A stretch of 59,657 nucleotides of DNA, counting the filler. It is 9 parts of 9 records of this genome, joined end to end, with 100 filler letters (N's around TTAATTAATTAA, not from the genome) between each part and the next. Parts side by side here need not be neighbours in the genome. Positions count along the whole stretch, not along the records: positions 26,732 to 35,038 come from SRR31156797_78843; positions 35,139 to 40,616 come from SRR31156797_78898; positions 40,717 to 47,019 come from SRR31156797_78917; 6 more parts are not named here. One strand, 5' to 3'. The notes beneath the pieces are model-generated. The model was not told the origin of the DNA and searched no databases. It was given only the letters and a program-made list of their open reading frames with translations. Shown in pieces: positions 29,926 to 40,840 of the stretch. Numbering within the stretch: position 1 is the first letter of the stretch; each line of letters opens with the position of its first letter. Both the position numbers and the translations under genes were made by a program.

Positions 29926-30761
29926 TAGGGAAGGTGAAAACAAATAGGGTCTTCAAGATTCTGACTTATAGTTTTCTTTTGGTCATTGCATTTCTCAGTC
30001 TTTATCCCATCTACTTTTCTCTGATGTCTAGTTTGAAAACTGTGCAGGACTACACATTGAGCAAAACCTCATTTCCCGAAGTCTGGGTTCTGGAGAACTA
30101 TGCCTACGTGTTCAGAAATCTGAATTTTATGAGCTATATCTTTAACTCCATTCTGCTTGTTTTTCTGGGTATGTTGATCTATCTCTTTGTCTGTAACGCC
30201 GCAGGATTTGCATTGGGGATGCTGAGGTTCAGATTTAAGATGTCATTTTTTAGTTTTATACTTTTCTTTCAGATCTTTCCGCAAATGGTTATTGCGGCTC
30301 AGGTATACCGTATCTGTTCAAAGATAGGTCTTATGGACTCACATCTGGGGCTCATCCTTGTCTGGGTCGCCTATTTCGCTCCCTTCGGAACTTATATGAT
30401 GTCTACTTACTATGCTGTAATGCCGCGGTCTCTTGTCGAATCTGCCAGAATTGACGGCGCAGGTGTCTTCGGGCAGTTATTCAAAATCATGATGCCCATG
30501 GCTGCTCCCATGATTGGAACCGTCAGCATTGTGGGAACTCTGGGAATGTGGACGGAGCTTCCCTTTTCTTTACTTCTGATACAGAGTCCGGATAAAAGGC
30601 CGCTTTCCTTGGGGATCGCCGTCATGAAGGGAGAGCATGGTATTCCCATTCCTATCCTCTCGGCAGCCATACTTGTTTCGGCTGCAATACCATTGATCCT
30701 GTATTTCTTCTTTCAAAGGAATATCCACATGGAATCTACAGCAGGTGCTGTGAAAGGTTAG
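29922..30761 (+). CDS. Carbohydrate ABC permease (MalG-like)
   Basis: LENY, LVESARIDGA, C-terminal GAVKG; ATGA overlap with the previous permease. Confidence 0.92.
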   Translation: MIGKVKTNRVFKILTYSFLLVIAFLSLYPIYFSLMSSLKTVQDYTLSKTSFPEVWVLENYAYVFRNLNFMSYIFNSILLVFLGMLIYLFVCNAAGFALGMLRFRFKMSFFSFILFFQIFPQMVIAAQVYRICSKIGLMDSHLGLILVWVAYFAPFGTYMMSTYYAVMPRSLVESARIDGAGVFGQLFKIMMPMAAPMIGTVSIVGTLGMWTELPFSLLLIQSPDKRPLSLGIAVMKGEHGIPIPILSAAILVSAAIPLILYFFFQRNIHMESTAGAVKG

Positions 30762-30816
30762 GATTTGCTCAGCAGGAAGCCCGTATAGGGTTGTGATTTT
30801 CAAACGCGAGGTTTAT

Positions 30817-31896
30817 ATGATTTTAAAATGGAAAGAAAACTGGCAGGAGTCCAGAGAACATTATATCAGATGGTGGCGGCAGGAGGGCTTCGTGATAAGC
30901 CACTGGGGAAGCGGTCTGCCTATGGATAAGAGCCTTTACGACTTGCCGGAGTTACCGGCCCCTTCATCTCCGGTTCAGAGGCATACCGATCCCGCCTGGC
31001 TGATCCCGGCCGAAGAGTACCGATTATCATGCAACTGGCAGGGCGCTGATTTTCTGCCCATAGCTTTCCCCGATTATGGAACTGTAACAATGGCAACCTT
31101 TCTGGGGACGGAGCCTCAGTTTGAAGATGAATATATCCTCTATCATCCCAGCGGGCTGTCTCCCGAGAATGACTCGATCCTGACTTTGGATCCGGATAAT
31201 CAGCAATATCAGTCCATCCTCGAACTCAGCAGAGGCCTTAAAAGGAAAGGATATAACAGATATGCTGTCGGCTTCCCCGCCTTTATGCCCGGCCTGGATG
31301 TGCTGGCAGAACTCAGGGGAACACAGGATTTGTTGATGGATCTCATCCTTAATCCTGATTGGGTGAAGAGGAAACTGGCTGAAATCAACAACAGTTACTT
31401 TAAGTGTTACGACCAGTTTTATGAGGAGCTTAAGGGAGAAGATGGAAGCAGTGTTACGGCCTACTTTATGCTATGGGGACCCGGAAGGGTTTCAATGGCG
31501 CAATGCGACTTCTGCGCTATGATCAGTCCGGAGATGTTTAACGAATTCGAAGTTCCTTTTCTCAGAGAGCATTGCGACAGAATGGATCATACCATGTTCC
31601 ATCTAGACGGACCGGATGCCATGAATAAGCTGGATATCCTACTGGAAATAGAAAGCCTGGACGCCGTTCAATGGACCCCGGGGCCCAAACTACCTCAGGG
31701 CGGCGATCCTTCCTGGTATGATATGTACCGTAGAATAAAAGACGCAGGCAAGTCTGTTCAGGCTCCCTGGGTAAAACCTGAAGAAGTCCTCCCTCTCATG
31801 GATACCGTCGGTCCCGAAGGCCTTTATATAATGGTGGATTTTAAAACTATTGATCAGGTGGAAGCCGTCCTGAAACAGACGGAACAATTCAGATAG
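30817..31896 (+). CDS. URO-D/MtaA-like TIM-barrel protein of unknown function
   Basis: ELRGTQDLLMDLILNPDWV, QCDFCAMISPEMFNEFEVP, FHLDG, AVQWTPG. Confidence 0.7.
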   Translation: MILKWKENWQESREHYIRWWRQEGFVISHWGSGLPMDKSLYDLPELPAPSSPVQRHTDPAWLIPAEEYRLSCNWQGADFLPIAFPDYGTVTMATFLGTEPQFEDEYILYHPSGLSPENDSILTLDPDNQQYQSILELSRGLKRKGYNRYAVGFPAFMPGLDVLAELRGTQDLLMDLILNPDWVKRKLAEINNSYFKCYDQFYEELKGEDGSSVTAYFMLWGPGRVSMAQCDFCAMISPEMFNEFEVPFLREHCDRMDHTMFHLDGPDAMNKLDILLEIESLDAVQWTPGPKLPQGGDPSWYDMYRRIKDAGKSVQAPWVKPEEVLPLMDTVGPEGLYIMVDFKTIDQVEAVLKQTEQFR

Positions 31897-31925
31897 ACAT
31901 TGAACGAGGAAGTATTAAAGAACAT

Positions 31926-34181
31926 ATGAAACAACAAAATGATTTTATGACCGATATGGCGGATTTTGACCTCCATCCAGAGGCAATCATCTGGCGGGCT
32001 GGATCGCCTCTTTCGATTACTGAGGAAGAGGGGGTTATCAGGCTTGATCTCCCTTACTCCCCCTTTTCTCTTCAGGGGAGTCTTAGACCTGCTCCGAATC
32101 TTGAGCGCTCTATCCGAGTTCTGTACATCAGGGCCTGGGGAGATGAAATTTTACAGCTCTATACAAGCCACGAAGACAGTCCTATGCTGGAGATAGATAA
32201 AAAGCTGGAGCTTCAAAAGCTTCTGGTAGAGGAGGATGAGTCGGGTTGGACGATCTTCGACGGTACGGGTTTGAAGCGTGGCCGTTTTGAGAAACGACGC
32301 AGCACGCCCGAGGGGTGGAGCGATCAGATCAGGCCGGCTTTTGATACTCTTCGCGGAGATCTATATCCAGACAGTTCCGGTAGTCTCTCTTTCAGCGGGG
32401 AAGATCAGTTTTTTCCTGAAAAGGTCGAATCTCTGCCCCTTGCGTTTATCAGCTACGGGGAGAGTGGCCTGGATAAGAGTGCCTGCCTTTTCTCCTTTCA
32501 AGCCAGGGCTGATGAGCACTTCGCGGGGACGGGAGAGCGCTTCGCGCCTCAGGATCTGAGGGGAAAAACCATGGTCCTTGAAAATACCGATGGACTGGGT
32601 GTGAACAGCCGTCGGGCCTATAAGAATGTTCCCTTCTATCTGTCCAATCGGGGAGTGGGGGTTTTCATCCACAGCAGCAGTCATATGCGCTTGTCCCTTG
32701 CAGATATATCAACGCGGGCTGCTCAGGGACGGATCGAAGAAGGGGAACTGGATCTTTTTCTTATGGGGGGAAAGACTCCCGAAGGCGTACTCAGAAACTA
32801 CCGTAGACTCACTGGGTTTCCCCCCAGCTTGCCTGTATGGAGTTACGGGACCTGGATGAGTAGGATGACCTACTTCTCTGCGGATGAAATCACAAGCGTT
32901 TGTGAAAGGCTCAGGGAAGAAGAATACCCTTGTGATCTGATACACATCGACACGGGATGGTTTGAGACTGACTGGGTTTGCGAATGGTCATTCAGTAGGG
33001 AGCGTTTTCCCGATCCCCGGGGATTTATGAATGACCTGAAGGATAAGGGTTTTCGTGTTTCTTTATGGCAGACTCCGAATATTGGTGAGGGGAACAAGCT
33101 TCTGGAGGAAGCCAAGGAGAAACGGTATCTGGCACCTTCTCGAGGCCAGGGCGTCACGACTTCTTCCGACTTTTCAAACCAGGATTTCGGGGGGCAGATC
33201 GATTTTACCAATCCAGAGGCTGTGGACTGGTATAAATCCATGATCCGAGCCCTACTGGATGATGGCGCGGCAGTTATAAAAACGGATTTCGGTGAGAAAA
33301 TACAATGGGATGCGGACTATTTGAATCTGAGTTCAGAAAAGCTTCACAATCTTTATGGTCTCCTCTATCAAAAGGCTGCTTTTGAAGAAACAAAAGACGC
33401 TACAGGGGAGGGCATAATCTGGGCTAGAGCCGGCTGGGCCGGATGCCAGCGTTATCCTTTGCACTGGGGAGGAGATGCCGCAGCCAGCTGGGACGGGATG
33501 GCCGCATCTCTCCGGGGAGGGCTTCATCTCGGACTATCAGGTTTCGGATATTGGAGTCATGATGTTCCGGGATTCCATGGTATTCCTGAGTTTATGAACA
33601 CGAGCCCTTCCAATGATTTGTATATGCGCTGGACCCAGTTTGCTGTATTCTCTTCTCATATTCGTTATCATGGCTGTTCACCCCGGGAGCCCTGGCATTT
33701 TCCTGAAATTGCTCCTCATATTCGTAAATGGCTGAGGTTGAGATACTATCTGATTCCTTATTTTATGCAGCAGGCGGAGAGGTTGAAATCAACGGGCTAT
33801 CCCCTGTTAAGAGCCATGATCTTTCACTCTCCCCAGGATCCCGTTTGCTGGCATTTGGATGATCAGTATCTCTGCGGCGATGATTTTCTGGTCTGTCCCG
33901 TGATGAACAGTGAGAATGAGAGGAAGCTTTATCTACCAGAAGGGGAATGGGTGGACTTTTGGACAGGAGAGGAATATCCCGGTCCTCAATGGATCTCCAA
34001 AAAGGAGATTCCCCTCGATCAAATGCCGTTGTTCTGTAGAAAGGGCGCTTCTATTCCCGTATATCCCGAGCCTGTCCTTACAACGGATGACATGGACTTA
34101 AACAAGACAGGTCATCTTATGATCGGAGGGAACTTCGAAGGGTGGCTCAGGCATAAGGACTCCAAAGTCCTGGGATGGTAG
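31926..34181 (+). CDS. GH31 glycoside hydrolase (alpha-xylosidase YicI-like)
   Basis: YKNVPFY, HIDTGW, IKTDFGE (nucleophile Asp), HWGGD (acid/base Asp), WSHDVPGF, REPW. Confidence 0.92.
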   Translation: MKQQNDFMTDMADFDLHPEAIIWRAGSPLSITEEEGVIRLDLPYSPFSLQGSLRPAPNLERSIRVLYIRAWGDEILQLYTSHEDSPMLEIDKKLELQKLLVEEDESGWTIFDGTGLKRGRFEKRRSTPEGWSDQIRPAFDTLRGDLYPDSSGSLSFSGEDQFFPEKVESLPLAFISYGESGLDKSACLFSFQARADEHFAGTGERFAPQDLRGKTMVLENTDGLGVNSRRAYKNVPFYLSNRGVGVFIHSSSHMRLSLADISTRAAQGRIEEGELDLFLMGGKTPEGVLRNYRRLTGFPPSLPVWSYGTWMSRMTYFSADEITSVCERLREEEYPCDLIHIDTGWFETDWVCEWSFSRERFPDPRGFMNDLKDKGFRVSLWQTPNIGEGNKLLEEAKEKRYLAPSRGQGVTTSSDFSNQDFGGQIDFTNPEAVDWYKSMIRALLDDGAAVIKTDFGEKIQWDADYLNLSSEKLHNLYGLLYQKAAFEETKDATGEGIIWARAGWAGCQRYPLHWGGDAAASWDGMAASLRGGLHLGLSGFGYWSHDVPGFHGIPEFMNTSPSNDLYMRWTQFAVFSSHIRYHGCSPREPWHFPEIAPHIRKWLRLRYYLIPYFMQQAERLKSTGYPLLRAMIFHSPQDPVCWHLDDQYLCGDDFLVCPVMNSENERKLYLPEGEWVDFWTGEEYPGPQWISKKEIPLDQMPLFCRKGASIPVYPEPVLTTDDMDLNKTGHLMIGGNFEGWLRHKDSKVLGW

Positions 34182-34663
34182 GATTGCTGTTGAGTTCGTG
34201 GGATTCATAATAAACGGGTTTGATCGAAAGGGCTTTCTTTATGAAGATATCAATATGGAATAACAGGAGGTCAGAAATATTCCCGTTTGTGACAAACCGG
34301 AAATCAGGAAACTGGGCGCGGCGAGCAATATTGCTATTCATAGCAATGGGGAGTTTGAGAATTGTCACTATACAGGGCTGGGTGAGCTGACTTCGGTTCG
34401 GACATAGATACATAACAGGATACTGGAAAGAGCAAGTCTCGTTTCAGTATCCTGATAAACCAGAAGCAAACGCTTCAGGGAGTCGGATCAATAGTTTACG
34501 GAATCAATAATATAAGGGGCTGGAGCCTGCCATGAATAGATTCGCCATCGATTAGGACGGGCGATTTCTAAGTTAGAAATGAGCATTACACAGAAACGTT
34601 TACAGGCTCAAACAGTACAGATAAATGGGTTATAAACTACTTTGTTATCCGTTACAATCAATT

Positions 34664-35038
34664 TCATGATTCCTTTGTCTGAAATACAGAAGCTTTTTGA
34701 GAGATTTCCAATACCTTGGAATAATTATCTTTACTGATGATTTCAATTCTAGCTAAGCTTTCTCCCATTTCATCGATTGTCTTTTCGATTGAGTTTACAG
34801 AATCGGCAGTGGCGGCTCCGGAAGTTTTCTGATTCCCTACGATATCAGAAATCACTTCTTTCAGGTTCATGATCTCTGCCGTTATCTTTCTTACCTGATC
34901 TGAAACTTCCTTTATTGTACCAAGACTGTTCAAAATCTGACGGCTTCCTTCATTCAGCTCATTGGTGGAATCACCTATCTGAGAAAAGACCTGAGAAACA
35001 CTCTGTATGTTCAATCTTACATCATGAAAGCCTGAATC
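34664..35038 (-). CDS. Probable methyl-accepting chemotaxis protein, C-terminal helix (5'-truncated)
   Basis: Heptad pattern ELNEGSRQIL...ISQKASVFQT typical of spirochaete MCP C-termini. Confidence 0.6.
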   Translation of the reverse strand, partial: DSGFHDVRLNIQSVSQVFSQIGDSTNELNEGSRQILNSLGTIKEVSDQVRKITAEIMNLKEVISDIVGNQKTSGAATADSVNSIEKTIDEMGESLARIEIISKDNYSKVLEISQKASVFQTKES

Positions 35039-35138
35039 NNNNNNNNNNNNNNNNNNNNNNNNNNNNNNNNNNNNNNNNNNNNTTAATTAATTAANNNNNN
35101 NNNNNNNNNNNNNNNNNNNNNNNNNNNNNNNNNNNNNN
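35039..35138. other. Artificial contig linker
   Basis: N44-TTAATTAATTAA-N44. Confidence 0.98.
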
Positions 35139-35429
35139 AAAAATGCGCTTCTCCTTCAATATATTTCCCTGCTGAAAACCGAGAGCGTGGATCTGGTGTT
35201 TTCCGATAACGCGGTGGGAAAGATCGCGGAGATCGCCGAAGAGGTGAATCTGAGAACGGAGAATATCGGTGCCCGGCGTTTGCATACCCTCATGGAGCGC
35301 CTTCTTGAAGATATCCTCTTCGATGCTCCGGATGTGGAGGAAAAGAGACTGACCGTTGATGCGGAGTATGTGGCCGACAAACTGAAGGCGATCAAAGATG
35401 ATGAGGATTTGAGCCGGTATATACTTTAA
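35139..35429 (+). CDS. hslU: HslU ATPase subunit, C-terminus (5'-truncated)
   Basis: [19 protein letters not shown]-terminal DLSRYIL. Confidence 0.95.
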   Translation, partial: KNALLLQYISLLKTESVDLVFSDNAVGKIAEIAEEVNLRTENIGARRLHTLMERLLEDILFDAPDVEEKRLTVDAEYVADKLKAIKDDEDLSRYIL

Positions 35430-35455
35430 ACAACAAACAACGAACCCGTGAAAAA

Positions 35456-36340
35456 ATGACCCCATCCAATACCTCCGTCGCCGATATTCTCATTGAGGCG
35501 CTGCCCTATATCCGTAAATTTTCCGGAAAGACCGTGGTTGTCAAGTACGGCGGGCACGCCATGGTGGACGAGCAGCTTAAAATTGATTTTGCACGGGACA
35601 TCACCCTGCTGAAGTTTATCGGGATCGACCCTGTCGTGGTGCATGGCGGCGGACCGCAGATCAACCAGGTGCTGGATCAGATGGGAATCCGGCCCCAATT
35701 TGTCCGCGGCATGCGATTAACCGACGGTCCGACCATGGATGTGGTGGAAATGGTTTTGGGGGGCAAGGTCAATAAAGAGATCGTTGCGCAGGTCAACCGG
35801 CAGGGAGGAAAGGCTGTCGGCCTCAGCGGTAAGGACGGCGGCCTGATCGAGGCCAATAAAATGCGCATTGTACACCAGGCAGATGCGGACAGTCCTCCGG
35901 AAATCATCGATCCCGGCATGGTGGGCGAGGTGACGAAGGTCAATCCTGAGATCATTCATACCCTCTCCCAAAAGGGTTTTATTCCGATTATCGCCCCTGT
36001 GGGGAGCGGAGACAAAGGGGAAACTTACAACATCAATGCGGACCTTGTGGCCAGCCACATTGCCACGGCACTTTCGGCTTGCCGCCTATTTTTGCTGACC
36101 GACGTGGACGGAGTCCTGGACGCAAAAGAGGGTTTGATCTCTTCCATCGACGCGGACACCATCCGTCGAATGATTTCCGATGGGAGCATCACCGGCGGTA
36201 TGATTCCGAAGATCGAATATGCGCTTAATGCAATAAAAGGCGGCGTGGAGAAGGTCCCCATCATCAATGGCAAGCGCCGCCATGCGATTCTGCTGGAGTT
36301 GTTTACGGACAAAGGCATCGGGACGGAAGTAACCGAATAG
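35456..36340 (+). CDS. argB: Acetylglutamate kinase
   Basis: EALPYI, VVKYGG, VVHGGGPQI, NINAD, GGMIPK, LLELFTDKGIGT. Confidence 0.96.
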   Translation: MTPSNTSVADILIEALPYIRKFSGKTVVVKYGGHAMVDEQLKIDFARDITLLKFIGIDPVVVHGGGPQINQVLDQMGIRPQFVRGMRLTDGPTMDVVEMVLGGKVNKEIVAQVNRQGGKAVGLSGKDGGLIEANKMRIVHQADADSPPEIIDPGMVGEVTKVNPEIIHTLSQKGFIPIIAPVGSGDKGETYNINADLVASHIATALSACRLFLLTDVDGVLDAKEGLISSIDADTIRRMISDGSITGGMIPKIEYALNAIKGGVEKVPIINGKRRHAILLELFTDKGIGTEVTE

Positions 36341-36387
36341 GCATCCACAAATCTGAAACACCAACCCAAATTTTTTTTACGGAGAAG

Positions 36388-37575
36388 ATGATGTCTGATA
36401 CCCTAATGCAAGCGGCAGACAAAGTGATTGCCGCAACCTATAAACGGTTTCCCATCGTTCTGGAACGGGGGGATGGATGTTCGGTGTGGGACACCGAGGG
36501 AAAACGCTATACGGATTTTATCGCTGGAATCGCCGTCTGCAGTTTGGGGCACGCCCACCCGCGCATCGCAGATGCGGTGGCCGATCAGGCAAAACGATTG
36601 GTGCACGTATCGAACCTGTACTACACCATTCCCCAAACCGATCTGGCAACCCTGCTAATCGAAAAAAGCTTCGCCGATCGGGTCTTTTTCTGCAACTCCG
36701 GTGCGGAGGCCAATGAGGCGGCGATTAAGCTGGCACGTAAATTTTTCAGTGATCAGGGAGACTCCGAGCGATTTCACATTGTGACCATGGAACAGTCCTT
36801 CCACGGGCGGACCATGGCCGCTCTATCCGCGACCGGTCAGGATAAAATCAAAAAAGGGTTCGATCCGGTTCTCGATGGTTTTTCCTTTGTGCCTTTCAAC
36901 GATTTCGATGCTTTAAAGGGTGCCGTGGACAACAGGACCTGTGCCGTTATGCTGGAGCCCATTCAAGGAGAGGGGGGAATCCGTTGTCCGGATCCCGATT
37001 ATTTGAAGCAGGTTCGGGAACTGTGTAGTGAGCGGGGAGCATTGATGATCCTTGATGAAATTCAGACGGGCATGGGGCGTACCGGAAAACTGTTTGCCCA
37101 TGAGCATGAAGGGGTTGTCCCCGATATCATGACGCTGGCCAAAGCGCTCGCCAACGGGCTTCCCATCGGTGCCATGCTCGCCACCGAAAAAGTTGCATCC
37201 GCTTTCGGATTCGGTGCCCATGCAACGACCTTCGGTGGTACGCCACTGGTGACGGCCGCCGCTCTGGAAACATTGAAAATCATGGATGAAGAAAGGATTC
37301 CCGAACGCGCCATGGAAGTCGGTGCCTATTTCAAGGATGCGTTGGAACAGCTGAAGAAAAAGCATCCATGCATCGTTGAGGTTAAGGGAAGAGGACTCCT
37401 TTTGGGGCTTCAATTGGATCAAGCAGCCGATGGGTTGGTACCGGTACTGATGGAAAAAGGATTTTTGATCAATTGCGTACAAGGCGACACCCTGCGTTTC
37501 GCACCGCCGTTGATTGTCGAGAAAACTGAAATTGATGCGCTTGTAAACTGTTTGGATGAAATTCTGATAGGATAA
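36388..37575 (+). CDS. argD: Acetylornithine aminotransferase
   Basis: [43 protein letters not shown]; inside arg operon. Confidence 0.92.
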   Translation: MMSDTLMQAADKVIAATYKRFPIVLERGDGCSVWDTEGKRYTDFIAGIAVCSLGHAHPRIADAVADQAKRLVHVSNLYYTIPQTDLATLLIEKSFADRVFFCNSGAEANEAAIKLARKFFSDQGDSERFHIVTMEQSFHGRTMAALSATGQDKIKKGFDPVLDGFSFVPFNDFDALKGAVDNRTCAVMLEPIQGEGGIRCPDPDYLKQVRELCSERGALMILDEIQTGMGRTGKLFAHEHEGVVPDIMTLAKALANGLPIGAMLATEKVASAFGFGAHATTFGGTPLVTAAALETLKIMDEERIPERAMEVGAYFKDALEQLKKKHPCIVEVKGRGLLLGLQLDQAADGLVPVLMEKGFLINCVQGDTLRFAPPLIVEKTEIDALVNCLDEILIG

Positions 37576-37702
37576 CATCACAATAGAATTCGAGAGATTG
37601 CTTTTGGCAGGGCCAGAGGGAGGAAGCCGCGTTGGTATCGCGCGGCACCCGATAACGAAGTCAAAAAACAGTATCTTGAATTCTAAATTAGGAGAAAACA
37701 TC

Positions 37703-38911
37703 GTGGGTGACAAGATCAACAAAGTAGTTTTGGCCTATTCGGGCGGTTTGGACACATCGGTGATATTGCGGTGGCTTATTGAGACCTATGACTGTGAAGT
37801 GGTCACCTTTTCGGCGGATATCGGCCAGGTCGACTCGCTGGAAAATGTAGAGGCCAACGCCATGAAAACCGGGGCGGTTAAAGCCTATGTGGACGATTTG
37901 AAAGAGACCTTCGTCAAAGATTACGTCTTCCCCGCTTTTCGCGCAAACGTAATCTACGAAGGGCAATACCTGTTGGGTACCTCCATTGCCCGGCCTCTCA
38001 TTTCCAAACGGCAGATGGAAATCGCGGCCATGGAAGGCGCCGATGCGGTCAGCCACGGCGCCACCGGAAAAGGAAACGACCAGGTCCGATTTGAACTGGG
38101 CTACTATGCCATCGATCCGGATATCAAAATCATCGCTCCCTGGCGTGAATGGGATCTGAATTCGCGGACCGCCCTGATGGCTTTTGCCGAACAACACGGC
38201 ATTGAGGTGCCCACCACCCACTCCAAACCTTACAGCACCGATGGCAACCTGCTTCATATCAGCTACGAGGGAGGTATTCTAGAAGATCCCTGGGCGGGGC
38301 CGCCGGATGATATTTTTACCTTGACCGTTTCACCCCAAAAGGCACCGGACACTCCAGAAGTTATTGAGATTACGTTCGATAAAGGAGATCCGGTAGCCAT
38401 CGACGGTAAGGCGCTGTCACCGGCGAATATGCTCGGGGAGCTCAATCGGTTGGGCGGTAAACATGGGATCGGTCGCATCGATATCGTGGAAAACCGGTTT
38501 GTGGGAATGAAATCCCGTGGAGTTTATGAAACACCGGGAGGAACGATTCTGCGTTTGGCCCACATCGCCATGGAGTCCATCACCATGGACCGTGAAGTGA
38601 TGCATTTAAGGGATTCCCAGATTCCACGGTATGCCCAGCTTGTCTATAACGGATTCTGGTTTTCTCCGGAGATGGAGGTGCTGCAGGGAATGATCGACAG
38701 TACCCAGAATAATGTTTCCGGTGTTGTCCGGCTGGAGCTGTACAAGGGGAATTGCACGATCCGGGGCCGCAAATCGGATCATTCTCTTTACAGCGAAGCG
38801 CATGCTACCTTTGAAGACGACGATGTGTACAGTCAGGCTGACGCAGAAGGATTTATTCGGCTCAACGCCCTTCGGCTGCGCATTAGAAAACTCATGGAAC
38901 GGAAAGGGTAA
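37703..38911 (+). CDS. argG: Argininosuccinate synthase
   Basis: [46 protein letters not shown] start after AGGAG. Confidence 0.96.
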   Translation: MGDKINKVVLAYSGGLDTSVILRWLIETYDCEVVTFSADIGQVDSLENVEANAMKTGAVKAYVDDLKETFVKDYVFPAFRANVIYEGQYLLGTSIARPLISKRQMEIAAMEGADAVSHGATGKGNDQVRFELGYYAIDPDIKIIAPWREWDLNSRTALMAFAEQHGIEVPTTHSKPYSTDGNLLHISYEGGILEDPWAGPPDDIFTLTVSPQKAPDTPEVIEITFDKGDPVAIDGKALSPANMLGELNRLGGKHGIGRIDIVENRFVGMKSRGVYETPGGTILRLAHIAMESITMDREVMHLRDSQIPRYAQLVYNGFWFSPEMEVLQGMIDSTQNNVSGVVRLELYKGNCTIRGRKSDHSLYSEAHATFEDDDVYSQADAEGFIRLNALRLRIRKLMERKG

Positions 38912-38919
38912 GGACCAAG

Positions 38920-40305
38920 ATGGCTGAAAAACCCTGGGACGGGCGATTTTCTGAAAAAACGGATAAGAGTGTGGAGGCGTTCACCTCTTCCATCGCCTAC
39001 GATCAAAGGCTGTATCCCTACGATATTGAAGGCAGTGTCGCTCATTGCAAAATGCTGGCGAAAGTCGGTGTCATTACCGACGAGGAGGCCGCTCAACTGG
39101 TGGAAGGGCTGGGGATCGTAAAAGGGGAACTGGATCGGGGCGAATTCATCTTCGATGACAGCCTCGAGGACATCCACATGCACATCGAAGCCAGGCTCTT
39201 GCAAGTGGCGGGGAAGGTGGCGCAAAAGCTCCACACGGCCCGCAGTCGGAACGACCAGGTGGCATTGGACGTTCGAATGTACCTGCGCAATGAAACCCGT
39301 CAGGTTATCGAATTTATAGAGCGATTGAGAACGGTTTTGGTGGACATTGCCGACAATCATCCGGATGTGGTTATGCCTGGGTATACCCACACCCAACGTG
39401 CCCAACCCGTCCTTTTTGCTCATCACATGATGGCCTATTACGAGATGTTCAACAGGGATCAGGATCGATTTTCGGACTGTCTGGACAGGATCGACGTCAT
39501 GCCTTTGGGGGCAGCGGCTCTGGCCGGCACAACCTACCCCATAGAACGGGAGTTTACGGCGAAATTGCTGGGCTTTTCCCGTGTAAGTTCAAACAGCATG
39601 GATACCGTAGCGGATCGGGATTTCGCCATGGAATTTCTCTCGGCGGCCAGTATCTGCATGGTACACCTGTCCCGGTTGTCCGAGGAGCTGGTGCTCTGGT
39701 CCACTTCGGAATTTGGTTTTATCACCCTGTCCGATGCCTTTGCCACGGGCAGCAGCATCATGCCTCAGAAGAAAAATCCCGATGTTCCTGAAATCGTGCG
39801 CGGCAAGACCGGGAGGGTTTTCGGGTCGCTGATTACCCTGCTCACATTGATGAAAAGCCTTCCGATGGCCTACAATCGCGATATGCAGGAGGACAAGGAA
39901 CCGTTGTTCGACGCTGTGGATACGCTAAAGGCATGCCTTTCCATCAATGTACAGATGATTCCCCGGATCACCGTAAACGGAAAAACCATGCGTCGGGCCG
40001 CGTCCGTTGGTTTTCTCAATGCGACGGATATGGCCGACTATTTGGTGGGGAAGGGGATGCCGTTTCGAAAGGCCCATGCCTGTGTGGGCAATGCTGTGGC
40101 CCACGCACTCAATCAGGAGAAGGAACTCGACCAATTGCGTCTGGATGAACTCAGATCTTTCTCTTCGTTGATCGAGGAGGATATTTTTGAGCACCTTACC
40201 GTCGCAAGCATGGTCGATCGTAGAAAGAGCACAGGGGGAACCGCCAGGGACAATGTGAGCCAGGCGATTACCGAGGCGAGAAAAGCATTGTCCGGCAAGC
40301 CGTAA
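38920..40305 (+). CDS. argH: Argininosuccinate lyase
   Basis: WDGRF, HTARSRNDQ, GSSIMPQKKNPD, YNRDMQEDKE. Confidence 0.96.
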   Translation: MAEKPWDGRFSEKTDKSVEAFTSSIAYDQRLYPYDIEGSVAHCKMLAKVGVITDEEAAQLVEGLGIVKGELDRGEFIFDDSLEDIHMHIEARLLQVAGKVAQKLHTARSRNDQVALDVRMYLRNETRQVIEFIERLRTVLVDIADNHPDVVMPGYTHTQRAQPVLFAHHMMAYYEMFNRDQDRFSDCLDRIDVMPLGAAALAGTTYPIEREFTAKLLGFSRVSSNSMDTVADRDFAMEFLSAASICMVHLSRLSEELVLWSTSEFGFITLSDAFATGSSIMPQKKNPDVPEIVRGKTGRVFGSLITLLTLMKSLPMAYNRDMQEDKEPLFDAVDTLKACLSINVQMIPRITVNGKTMRRAASVGFLNATDMADYLVGKGMPFRKAHACVGNAVAHALNQEKELDQLRLDELRSFSSLIEEDIFEHLTVASMVDRRKSTGGTARDNVSQAITEARKALSGKP

Positions 40306-40322
40306 AGGAGGACTGCCTTCTG

Positions 40323-40616
40323 GTGATTGTGCACAATCAAATCGTGGCAACCGGCATTTTGCTGGTCGGGCTGGCCCTTTTCGGATGTGGGGTCAAAGGG
40401 CCGCCGATGCCTCCCAGGCAGCCCGCGATACCTGCCGTGCAGAACCTTGCCCATGAGATTTCAGATGGGGTGGCAATCCTCAGCTGGACGGTGGCGGGAC
40501 CATTGTCAACGTTGGATGCGAAGGATGCAGCATTCCTCCTTTATCGCTCCCGAACTCCGATTGGTTCGGATTCTTGCGAAGATTGTCCGAGATTATTTGA
40601 GAAGGCGATGGCGATT
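40323..40616 (+). CDS. Lipoprotein with LptM/YifL-like N-terminal motif (3'-truncated)
   Basis: Lipobox LFGCGVKGPPMPP, CEDCP motif; directly after argH. Confidence 0.6.
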
Positions 40617-40716
40617 NNNNNNNNNNNNNNNNNNNNNNNNNNNNNNNNNNNNNNNNNNNNTTAATTAATTAANNNNNNNNNNNNNNNNNNNNNNNNNNNN
40701 NNNNNNNNNNNNNNNN
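40617..40716. other. Artificial contig linker
   Basis: N44-TTAATTAATTAA-N44. Confidence 0.98.
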
Positions 40717-40840
40717 AAAGTTAGGGAAAGGTCTGTTGTCTCGGCCGCCAAACTGCGGTAAGCTGCACCTACGTAGCAACGGGACAAGGTTCCAGGTGCA
40801 TCATGCAAGCAGGGATGAAATGGCTAAGGGAGAATGGATT

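Noticed and set aside
34182-34663. About 480 nt between GH31 and the MCP fragment, including an 88-aa ORF
   Set aside because: No RBS, motif, repeat or convincing structure found.
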